From the NCBI GenBank assembly GCA_035940575.1, contig DASZER010000067.1:7729-71728 (forward strand): 64,000 bases of DNA. The letters run 5' to 3'. The notes under the pieces were generated by a model. The model did not search any database and was not told the origin of the DNA. It saw nothing but the letters and a program-made list of their open reading frames with translations. Of the stretch, positions 34,988 through 42,848 are shown one piece after another. This DNA is from Frankiaceae bacterium (GTDB lineage Bacteria > Actinomycetota > Actinomycetes > BP-191). How positions within the stretch are numbered: the first letter of the stretch is position 1; each line of letters opens with the position of its first letter. The position numbers were made by a program, and so were the translations under genes.

Positions 34988-35057
34988 ACACCCTGTAATC
35001 ACCGGCACGACCGCGCGTGTGTCGTGCACCAGGTACCCACTCCCGAGAGGCGCCGCC

Positions 35058-35315
35058 ATGCTCCGTACGACTCGCCGTGCCGCCGCGCTGATGGCGGTCG
35101 CGGCCGCCGCGGCGCCCGCCCTGCTCGCCGCGCCCGCCGAGGCCGCGATCACCTGCGTGGGCAGGGTCGTCGTCGAGGGCTGGACGGGCGTCTGCGTCAA
35201 CGCCGACGGCACCGGCGGCTCCTGGCTCGTCTGCGCCCGCGACGGCAGGAACTTCCCGGCGAACGAGGTCTACCTCCCCAGGCACGGGACGACCGACCAC
35301 GCCTGCCGCCCGTGA
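35058..35315 (+). CDS. small secreted 4-Cys protein
   Basis: In-frame ATG 35058 inside ORF 34911..35315. Signal peptide MLRTTRRAAALMAVAAAAAPALLAAPAEA. The stop overlaps the next gene's start (GTGA). Confidence 0.65.
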   Translation: MLRTTRRAAALMAVAAAAAPALLAAPAEAAITCVGRVVVEGWTGVCVNADGTGGSWLVCARDGRNFPANEVYLPRHGTTDHACRP

Positions 35316-35836
35316 CGCGTCCCGCGCGTCCCCGCGTCGGAGCCTCCCTGGCCCTCGCCTTCCTGGTCGCGACCGCGCCCGCCGCGTCGGCCGCCCCGAG
35401 CTGCGCGGGCACCGAGGAGGACCTCGTCGTCTGCGTGGACGCCGAGGGCGGCCCGTCGCGGGGCACCCGCGGAGAGCTCCTCTCGCGCTGCCTCTACCTG
35501 CCGACCGACCCCGCCTGCCGGGAGGTGACCGTGCCGAACGTCGTCCTGTACGACGGCGAGGGACGGCTCGTGTCGTGTGGCGGATTCGTGTGCGACAACG
35601 TGCTCTGTACGGCGGACCCGACGAGGGACCACGTCCTCTGCTGGCTACCCCCGGTGCAGCGCGAGCACCGAGTCGATCGTGTCCGCCTCGTCGGGCCGCT
35701 TGTCCTCGCGGTAGCGCAGCACCCGCGCGAACCGCAGCGCCACGCCGCCGGGGTAGCGCGGCGAGGCCTGCACGCCGTCGAACGCGATCTCCACGACCAG
35801 CTCGGGACGCACGAACACCTGCCACTCGTTGCGTGA
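35312..35836 (+). CDS. small secreted Cys-rich protein (paralog of 33539..33937) with a 3' extension overlapping the convergent ligase gene
   Basis: GTG 35312 in the frame of ORF 34529..35836. Signal peptide ...ASLALAFLVATAPAASA. A gapless hand alignment to the paralog gives 32/67 identities with six Cys aligned. The first stop comes only at 35836. Confidence 0.65.
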   Translation: MTRPARPRVGASLALAFLVATAPAASAAPSCAGTEEDLVVCVDAEGGPSRGTRGELLSRCLYLPTDPACREVTVPNVVLYDGEGRLVSCGGFVCDNVLCTADPTRDHVLCWLPPVQREHRVDRVRLVGPLVLAVAQHPREPQRHAAGVARRGLHAVERDLHDQLGTHEHLPLVA

Positions 35837-37180
35837 CGCCTCCAGCGCGAGCAGGCGTTCGGTCTGCCACGCGAGCAGCTCGTCGGTGAGCCCCTTGAAC
35901 GTCTTCCCCAGCATCACGAACGACCCCGACGCCGGGTCGCGCGCGCCGAGGTGGAGGTTCGAGAGCCAGCCGCGCCGCCGCCCGTGCCCCCACTCGGCCG
36001 CGAGCACGACGAGGTCGAGCGTGTGCCTCGGCTTCACCTTGAGCCACGCCGCGCCGCGGCGGCCCGCCTCGTACGCCGCGTCGAGCGACTTGGCGACGGC
36101 GCCCTCGTGCCCGCGCGCGACCGCGCCGTCGAAGAACGCCCGCGCCTCGTCGGCGGAGCCGGTCACCAGGCGCGGCACGGCCGCGTCCCCGGCGACGGAC
36201 GCCAGCGCGTCCCACCGCGCACGGGCCGGCGCGCCGAGCAGGTCGGTGCCGTCGAGGTGCAGCACGTCGAACCAGAACGGCGTCAGCGGCACGTCGCCGC
36301 GCGCCCCCCGCGTGGCGACCCGCGAGCCCGTGACCTGGAACGGGCGCGGCCGCCCGTCGTCGTGCAACGCGATCGCCTCGCCGTCGAGCACCACCTCGCC
36401 GGCGGGCAGCGCCAGCGCCGCCGCGACGAGCTCGGGCACCCGCGCCGTCACGTCGTCCAGCGTCCGCGTGAACACGCCGACCTCGCCGCCGCGCCGGTGG
36501 ACCTGCACGCGAACGCCGTCGAGCTTCCACTCCCACGCGGCCTCGCCGAGGCGCGCGACGGCGTCGTCCACGTCCACCGCGGGCGAGGCGAGCATCGGCT
36601 GGACCGGCCGGCCCATCTCGAGCCGGAACGACGCGAGCGCCGCGACGCCGTCGCGCCACAACGCCTCCGCCACCGGCGCCAGCGCCCCGCGCAGCATCGC
36701 CGCGCGGCGCACGTCGTCGGCCGCCGCGCCCGCCGCGCGGGCCACCGCGTCGGTGACCAGCGACTCCAGCGCGCCCTGCCGCAGCTCGCCCGCGACGAGC
36801 CCGACGAGCAGGCGCCGTTCCGTCGCGGTCGCGCGCTCGAACAGCGAGCCGAGCAGCCGCCGCCGCTCGGCCACCGAGCCCGCGCCCGCGCACGCCGCGA
36901 TGCGGTCGAACGTCTCGTCCACCTCGCGCACCGTCAGCACCGGCTCCTCGCACGGGCCGGGCAGGTCGGCCAGCGAGCGGTACGCCACGCCGGTGCGCCG
37001 CTGCGTCAGCTCGCCCGACAGGTACGACACGACGACCGCGACGTCGTCTGCCGAGGCCGCGCGCAGGCAGCCGGCGAGCAGCGCGACCTTGGCCGACCGC
37101 GACCGCGTCGCGGCCACCTCGTCGGAGGTCCGCGCGACCTCGCTCAGCAGCACCCGCCCATTCTCGTAGGGTCTGCCCAT
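35645..37180 (-). CDS. ATP-dependent DNA ligase, long LigB-type (N-terminal DNA-binding domain, adenylation domain and OB fold)
   Basis: ORF 35645..37180. Motif I is EWKLDGVR. Also DGEAIAL, EGAVAKS and WLKVKP. GTG 37153 (VLLSEVARTS) is an alternative start. Confidence 0.9.
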   Translation of the reverse strand: MGRPYENGRVLLSEVARTSDEVAATRSRSAKVALLAGCLRAASADDVAVVVSYLSGELTQRRTGVAYRSLADLPGPCEEPVLTVREVDETFDRIAACAGAGSVAERRRLLGSLFERATATERRLLVGLVAGELRQGALESLVTDAVARAAGAAADDVRRAAMLRGALAPVAEALWRDGVAALASFRLEMGRPVQPMLASPAVDVDDAVARLGEAAWEWKLDGVRVQVHRRGGEVGVFTRTLDDVTARVPELVAAALALPAGEVVLDGEAIALHDDGRPRPFQVTGSRVATRGARGDVPLTPFWFDVLHLDGTDLLGAPARARWDALASVAGDAAVPRLVTGSADEARAFFDGAVARGHEGAVAKSLDAAYEAGRRGAAWLKVKPRHTLDLVVLAAEWGHGRRRGWLSNLHLGARDPASGSFVMLGKTFKGLTDELLAWQTERLLALEASRNEWQVFVRPELVVEIAFDGVQASPRYPGGVALRFARVLRYREDKRPDEADTIDSVLALHRG

Positions 37181-37553
37181 GGCGTTCGTGCGGCGGGTCG
37201 GTCAGGCGTGTCTCGCGACGGTGTTCGTCAGCGGCGGGCTCGACGCGCTGCGCGACCCGGGCTCCCGCGCCGGGAAGGCGAAGCCGGTCGCGGACGCCCT
37301 CGGCGTCGACGGCACGACGCTCGTCCGGGCCAACGCCGCCGCGATGGTCGCGGGCGGCCTCGCCCTCGCCACCGACCACCTGCCGCGCACCGCCGCCGCG
37401 GGGCTCGCCGCGAGCCTCGTGCCGACGACGCTCACGGGGCACCCGTTCTGGACGGAGAAGGACCGCGACCGCAGGCGCGATCAGCGCGTGCACTTCGCCA
37501 AGAACGTCAGCCTGTTCGGCGCGTGCGTGATCCTCGCCACGTCGAAGCGGTGA
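37179..37553 (+). CDS. DoxX-family membrane protein
   Basis: ORF 37179..37553. It is small and hydrophobic, with FVSGGLDAL and HFAKNVSLFGA patterns. Confidence 0.75.
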   Translation: MAFVRRVGQACLATVFVSGGLDALRDPGSRAGKAKPVADALGVDGTTLVRANAAAMVAGGLALATDHLPRTAAAGLAASLVPTTLTGHPFWTEKDRDRRRDQRVHFAKNVSLFGACVILATSKR

Positions 37554-38305
37554 TCGGCGACCCCGACGACCCGCGGCTCGCGGACTACCGCGCCCTGCGC
37601 GACCCCGCGACGCGGGTGGCGTACGAGCGCGAGCACGGCGTGTTCGTGGTCGAGGGGACGCTCGCCATCGCCAACCTGCTGGCGTCGCCGTACGAGGTCC
37701 GCTCGCTGCTCGTCACGCCCGCGATGCGCGAGCGCCTCCCCGCCACCGACGCGCCCGTCTACGTCGCCGAGCGCGAGGTGATGGCGGCGGTCGCGGGGTT
37801 CGACGTGCACCGCGGCGCGCTGGCGATCGCGACCCGCCCGCCGCCGCGCGAGGCCGCCGACGTCCTGCGCGACGCGCGCACCGTCCTCGCGCTCGAACGC
37901 CTCAACGACCACGAGAACGTCGGCGTGCTGTTCCGCGTCGCCCGCGCGCTCGGCGCCGACGCGGTGCTGCTCGACGGCGAGACGTGCGACCCGCTGTACC
38001 GCCGCGCCGTCCGCGTCTCGCTCGGCCACGTGCTGCACGTGCCGTTCGCGCGGACCGACGACCTGCTCGGCGCGCTGGCGTCGTTCACGACGGTCGCGCT
38101 CACACCGTCGGCGGAGACGCGCCTCGAGGACGTACCGCCGCCCGAACGCGTCGCGCTCCTGCTCGGCGCCGAGGGGCCAGGCCTGCGCCGGGAGACGATC
38201 GAGCGAGCCGGCGTCCGCGCGCGGATCGCGATGCGCGCGGGCGTCGACTCGCTCAACGTCGCGACCGCCGCGGCGATCGCGCTGCACAGGCTCGGGCGCG
38301 TCTAG
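37550..38305 (+). CDS. TrmH/SpoU-family RNA 2'-O-methyltransferase
   Basis: GTG 37550 (GTGA overlap) in the frame of ORF 35951..38305. Motifs NDHENVGVLFRVARALG, LLLGAEGPGL and DSLNVATAAAIALH. Confidence 0.85.
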   Translation: MIGDPDDPRLADYRALRDPATRVAYEREHGVFVVEGTLAIANLLASPYEVRSLLVTPAMRERLPATDAPVYVAEREVMAAVAGFDVHRGALAIATRPPPREAADVLRDARTVLALERLNDHENVGVLFRVARALGADAVLLDGETCDPLYRRAVRVSLGHVLHVPFARTDDLLGALASFTTVALTPSAETRLEDVPPPERVALLLGAEGPGLRRETIERAGVRARIAMRAGVDSLNVATAAAIALHRLGRV

Positions 38306-38307
38306 AC

Positions 38308-38457
38308 CTAGCGCACGCAGGGGGAGTCGCGCACGACCTCGCAGACGGCGTTGACGGCGTCGCACGGCAGGCCGACGCAGGCCGACGCGGGCGGGGCGAA
38401 CGACAGGGCGGCCGCCGCGGTGAGGGCGGCGAGGGCGAGGACGCGGGCACGGCGCAC
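38308..38457 (-). CDS. 49-aa secreted micro-protein with a 4-Cys mature peptide (hypothetical)
   Basis: GTG 38457 inside ORF 38308..38496, preceded by GGAGAA 4 nt upstream. Signal peptide VRRARVLALAALTAAAALSFAPPASA followed by CVGLPCDAVNAVCEVVRDSPCVR. Confidence 0.5.
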   Translation of the reverse strand: MRRARVLALAALTAAAALSFAPPASACVGLPCDAVNAVCEVVRDSPCVR

Positions 38458-38564
38458 GGGGTTCTCCGGGGGGTGAGTGGACGCGGGCGGCGCCAAGTGT
38501 GCTTCAGTCGCAGCGCTTGGACCAGACGAACCAGTGCATTTCCACCATCACAGGGGGTTCCCTC

Positions 38565-39767
38565 ATGCACGGAGCACGGTCCGCACTACTCGCCGCCGCG
38601 GCGCTCGCCGTCACCGCCCTCACGGTGCCGGCCCGCGCGGACGGGCCCGGCGTCGGCACGCCGTGGGTCGTCACGGTCGGCGACTCGTACATCTCCGGCG
38701 AGGCCGGCCGCTGGGCCGGCAACACGAACGACGGCGAGCAGTACCACGACGCGCTCGGCTCGACCGCGTACTTCGACAACGCCTCCCGCACCGCCGAGAC
38801 CATCGACCGCTGCCACCGCTCGTGGGCGGCGGAGGCGTTCGTCGGAGGCGGGATCAACGGCGCCAACCTCGCGTGCTCCGGCGCGCGCACGTCGACGTTC
38901 ACCGACGGCGACGGCAGGTTCAAGCCGGGCCTGGACTTCTACCTCGACTCGTACGGCCAGCAGGGGCAGGCGCGCGCGCTCCAGGCGTTCGCGACGACCC
39001 ACAACGTCAAGCTCGTCGTCGTCTCGATCGGCGGCAACAACTTCAACTTCGGCTCGGTCGTGAGCCGCTGCGTCGAGGACTTCCTCGCCTCGCCGTCGTG
39101 GTGGCCGGACTACTGCAAGGACGACTCCGACGTCACCGCCAACTTCACGTCGACCAACGTCAGCGCGCAGACCACCGCCATCAGGAACGCGCTGCTCAAC
39201 GTCCGCCAGGCGATGACCAACGCCGGCTACGGCTCGGCGGCGTACACGATCCTCGTGCAGAACTACATGAGCCCGATCCCGCGCGGCAGCGGCTTCCGCT
39301 ACTCGCAGTCGGGCTACACGCGCCAGTCCACCGGCGGCTGCGGCTTCTGGAACGCCGACGCCGACTGGGCCAACGACTCCGCGCTGCCGACCATCAACAA
39401 CGCCGTCGCCAACGCCGTCACGGCCAGCGGCATCACGAACATCAGGACGCTCAACCTGTCGACGGCGTTCAACGGCCGCCGCCTCTGCGAGAGCACGGTC
39501 GGGCTGATCGAGGAGAAGGGCCTGTGGGACTGGCGTTCCGCGGGCGCGGTCGACCAGACGGAGTGGGTCAACCAGATCCGCACGGTCACGACGTGCTGCG
39601 GCAACTACTACCTGCAGGAGTCGCTGCACCCGAACTACTGGGGCCAGCTCGCGCTGCGCTCCTGCGTGCGGCTCGCGTACAACGCGGGCACGCCGCGCGG
39701 CGGCTCGTGCCGGATCTACTCGACCGGCCTGAGCTCGCGCGGCGAGCCCGTGATGACGCTGGTCTAG
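38565..39767 (+). CDS. secreted SGNH/GDSL-family hydrolase (lipase/esterase)
   Basis: ATG 38565 inside ORF 38499..39767, with a signal peptide. Block I is VTVGDSYISGE, block III is SIGGNNF, and the C-terminal LHPN carries the catalytic His context. Confidence 0.85.
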   Translation: MHGARSALLAAAALAVTALTVPARADGPGVGTPWVVTVGDSYISGEAGRWAGNTNDGEQYHDALGSTAYFDNASRTAETIDRCHRSWAAEAFVGGGINGANLACSGARTSTFTDGDGRFKPGLDFYLDSYGQQGQARALQAFATTHNVKLVVVSIGGNNFNFGSVVSRCVEDFLASPSWWPDYCKDDSDVTANFTSTNVSAQTTAIRNALLNVRQAMTNAGYGSAAYTILVQNYMSPIPRGSGFRYSQSGYTRQSTGGCGFWNADADWANDSALPTINNAVANAVTASGITNIRTLNLSTAFNGRRLCESTVGLIEEKGLWDWRSAGAVDQTEWVNQIRTVTTCCGNYYLQESLHPNYWGQLALRSCVRLAYNAGTPRGGSCRIYSTGLSSRGEPVMTLV

Positions 39768-40552
39768 GGCTCCGTCGGGGTGGCGGTCTCCGGCTTGAAG
39801 AGGCCGAAGGCCGCCCCCTGCGGGTCCCGCAGGATCGCGAACGTCCCGCCCGGGATCGGCGACGGCGGCACCATCACGGTCGCGCCGAGCGCCGCGGCCT
39901 CGCCGACCAGCTTGTCGATGTCGGCGGGCTGGAAGTACGGCATCCAGTACGGCGGCACGTCGGCCGGCATGTCGGGCGACTTCGCCATCATCCCGGCGAC
40001 GCTGCGCCCGCCCTGCTTGAACTCCGTGTACGGCATCGGGCCGCCGGCCTCGGACGTCTCCTCGCCCCAGCCGAACACCTCGCCGTAGAAGCGCTTCGCG
40101 CCCTCGACGTCGGTCGTCGTCAGCTCCACCCACGTCAGCGCGCCGGCCTCGTCCTGCACCTGCGCGCCCTTGTGGTCCCCGGCCTCCCACAGCGAGAAGA
40201 ACGCGCCCGCCGGGTCCTGGAGCACGGCCATGCGCCCCGACGTGTACACGTCCACGGGACCGGCGACGACGGTGCCGCCCGCGCCGCGGACCGTGTCGAG
40301 CATCGCGTCGAGGTCGTCGGTCGCGAAGTACACCGACCACGCGGTGGCGCCGGGCATCTGCGCGGGGCCGTAGCCGCCGACGTAGCGGCCGTCGAGGGTG
40401 AACATGCCGTAGCCGCCGGCGTCGTCCATCGGCACGTCGTCGGCCCGCCAGCCGAGCAGCGTGGCGTAGAACGTCCGCGTCGCCGGGACGTCCGACGAGC
40501 TGACGTCGACCCAGCTCGGCTCGCCCTGCGCGTATCCGGACTTCTCGGTCAT
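39764..40552 (-). CDS. two-domain VOC (glyoxalase/bleomycin-resistance/dioxygenase) family protein
   Basis: ORF 39764..40552. It contains a duplicated FYxxxxGW...GxxAxLxDPxGAxFxLW module. Confidence 0.85.
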   Translation of the reverse strand: MTEKSGYAQGEPSWVDVSSSDVPATRTFYATLLGWRADDVPMDDAGGYGMFTLDGRYVGGYGPAQMPGATAWSVYFATDDLDAMLDTVRGAGGTVVAGPVDVYTSGRMAVLQDPAGAFFSLWEAGDHKGAQVQDEAGALTWVELTTTDVEGAKRFYGEVFGWGEETSEAGGPMPYTEFKQGGRSVAGMMAKSPDMPADVPPYWMPYFQPADIDKLVGEAAALGATVMVPPSPIPGGTFAILRDPQGAAFGLFKPETATPTEP

Positions 40553-40763
40553 CGCGTCCTCCGTGCACTCGTCACCTGGCGTCGGCGCGACGGTAACAGT
40601 CCCGGTTCCCTCGCTTGGCGCGGGGGGCGAGGGGTACCGTCAACGGCGGCGCCGGCTCGATCCATGGCCCCCGGTCCCAACCTTGTCGCTACGAGCGACA
40701 CACCGCCGAGAGGCGACCTGGCGGGCCGGCGCCGTTCGTCTGCCGTTCCCCGAAGGAGTCCGC

Positions 40764-41120
40764 TTGCCCGAGGCACCGCGCCCGCGGCGTCCCGTCCTGC
40801 TTTCGCCCGACGTCGTGGCGATGGTCAGCGACGCGAGCCTGGACACGACGCCCAGGGCCGAGCTGCTCGAACGCCTCGAGTCCGCGCTGCGCCTGCTGCC
40901 GCCGGCCGAGCGGCGCGCGGTGCTGACCGCGCACGCCTCCGACGACGGCCTCGACCACGTCGCCGGCGACATGGGCCTGTCCGCCGAGGAGGCCGACGCG
41001 CTGACCCGCAACGCCGTCCAGCTCCTGCGCGGCGCGCTCGCCGACCTCGAGCCCGAGCCCACCCCGGACTTCCCGAGGCTGGCCCCGCCGGACGTCATGC
41101 CGACGCACCGCCCGGAGTAG
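40764..41120 (+). CDS. small sigma-70 region-4-like HTH protein
   Basis: TTG 40764 lies 5 nt after GAAGGAG, in the frame of ORF 40563..41120. LPPAERRAVLTAH...GLSAEEADALTRNAVQLLR resembles sigma region 4. Confidence 0.55.
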   Translation: MPEAPRPRRPVLLSPDVVAMVSDASLDTTPRAELLERLESALRLLPPAERRAVLTAHASDDGLDHVAGDMGLSAEEADALTRNAVQLLRGALADLEPEPTPDFPRLAPPDVMPTHRPE

Positions 41121-41124
41121 CGCC

Positions 41125-42525
41125 CTACGCCACCGCCGCCGTCGCGGCCGCGACGAGCTCGTCGCGCGTCGGCAGCGGCGGGAGCGGCGGCTCCCACCCG
41201 TCCGCCGTGGCCGCGCGGATGCGCCCGGCCTCGGTCGCCAGGATCTCGTCGGGCGTACGCAGCAGGTTCGCCCCGCGCACCAGCGCGTCGAACAGGTCGC
41301 GCTCCCGCATCGCCCCCGCGAACAGGTCCTCCCACAGCACCCGCTCCGGACGCGGGGGAGCGGGCTCGCCGTAGAGCGCGGCGCGCCACCGGGCGCGGGT
41401 GCGCGTGTCGACGTCGGCGGCGTTGCGGACGAACGGCGCCACCTCGCGCTCGACCGCCGCGTCCAGCGCGAGCACCTGGTCGCCGGGGTCGGTGTGCGCG
41501 AGCGCGTCGCGCACCAGCGCCGCGGACACCAGGCCGAGCGAGACGCCGCGCCCGTACGACGGGTTGCTCGTCGCCGCCGCGTCGCCCGCGAGCAGCACGC
41601 CGGTCGCGACCGGGCGCCCTTCGCGGACCGCGCGGCGGACGAGGTTGCGCTGCCCGGCCATCACCGACGGGTCGTTGAGCGGCCTCCCCACGGCCACAGG
41701 ACCGGCCGTGACCGGCAGGAGCCGCGCCACCGCGTCGAACGCCGCCGGCTCGCGCAGCACCCGTGCCGGCTCGTCGTCGTCCTCGGTCTGCAGCGGCACC
41801 GAGAACGACCGCCCGTCGCCCTGGAACACCAGCGTGGCGTACGCATCGCCCTCGCCGCCCTGCGTGAACCCGCGCATCAGCGCGGGCGGCTCCTCGCCGG
41901 GCAGGGTCTCGTAGTAGCGCGTGTAGTAGCGGTTGCCGCACTCGTTGCCGCTCTCGGGGAACGCCACGCCCAGCCACCTGGGCGTACGGCTGCGTCGCCC
42001 GCTCGCGTCGACGACGACGTCGGCGGCGTACGCGCTGCCGTCGTCGAGCCCGACGCCCGTCACGTGCGGCACGTCGCCGCCCTCGGTGACCAGGCCGGCC
42101 GCGCCGCGCCGGTCGACGCGCACGCCCTCGCGGACCGCGTGCTCGTGCAGCAGCCGGTCGAACACCGGCCTGCGCACCGACATCGTGACGACCTCGTCGT
42201 CGCTCGGGCGGGGAGCGCGGTCGGCGATCCACGGCGGCAGGTGGTCGGCGGCGCGGAACACGTGCGCGCCCTCGTCGCGCAGCGCGGCGTAGAGGTCCGG
42301 CGCCTCCTCGCGCACCAGGTGGACGGTGCGCGCGAGGAACGCGTGGGACTGGCGGAGCTGCGGCGTCCCCGGCCGCTGCCAGCCGAGCACGGCGCCCGCC
42401 GCGTCGCCGGGGGGAGCGGGGTCGCGTTCGAACACCGTCACCCCGTGCCCCGCCCGCGCGAGGGTCAGCGCGGTCCAGAGGCCGGTGACACTGCCGCCGA
42501 TGATCGCCACGTCCACGCCGCGCAC
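41125..42525 (-). CDS. FAD-dependent oxidoreductase (geranylgeranyl-reductase/monooxygenase-like)
   Basis: ORF 41125..42525. The N-terminal dinucleotide fold is VDVAIIGGSVTGLWTALTLARAGHGVTVFER, and VVDASGRRS is also present. Confidence 0.85.
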   Translation of the reverse strand: MRGVDVAIIGGSVTGLWTALTLARAGHGVTVFERDPAPPGDAAGAVLGWQRPGTPQLRQSHAFLARTVHLVREEAPDLYAALRDEGAHVFRAADHLPPWIADRAPRPSDDEVVTMSVRRPVFDRLLHEHAVREGVRVDRRGAAGLVTEGGDVPHVTGVGLDDGSAYAADVVVDASGRRSRTPRWLGVAFPESGNECGNRYYTRYYETLPGEEPPALMRGFTQGGEGDAYATLVFQGDGRSFSVPLQTEDDDEPARVLREPAAFDAVARLLPVTAGPVAVGRPLNDPSVMAGQRNLVRRAVREGRPVATGVLLAGDAAATSNPSYGRGVSLGLVSAALVRDALAHTDPGDQVLALDAAVEREVAPFVRNAADVDTRTRARWRAALYGEPAPPRPERVLWEDLFAGAMRERDLFDALVRGANLLRTPDEILATEAGRIRAATADGWEPPLPPLPTRDELVAAATAAVA

Positions 42526-42539
42526 GGTAGCGTCGCGCC

Positions 42540-42779
42540 ATGGCAGAACGACAGAGCTATCACGTGGTCCCGTACGTCAACGGGTGGGAGGTCCGCCTCG
42601 GCGGAGCCTCCGAGGAGCACGGTTCGCTGGGCGTCTGGGACCACAAGGACCTGGCGGTCGCCCGCGCCAAGGAGCTGGCGAAGGAGGCCGAGCTCGGCCA
42701 GGTCGTCGTCCACGGCGAGGACGGCAGGATCCAGGACGAGTTCACCTACGGCGAGGACCCGCGCGACATCCCCGGCTGA
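42540..42779 (+). CDS. DUF2188-like small protein
   Basis: ORF 42540..42779. YHVVPYVNGWEVR...AVARAKELAKE matches the DUF2188 pattern as I recall it. Confidence 0.7.
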   Translation: MAERQSYHVVPYVNGWEVRLGGASEEHGSLGVWDHKDLAVARAKELAKEAELGQVVVHGEDGRIQDEFTYGEDPRDIPG

Positions 42780-42848
42780 CCGGGAACGCGCCGCCTCCCG
42801 CCGGTGTTGCGACCGGTACCGAGCAACCCGAGAGGCGGAGGTGGCGCC

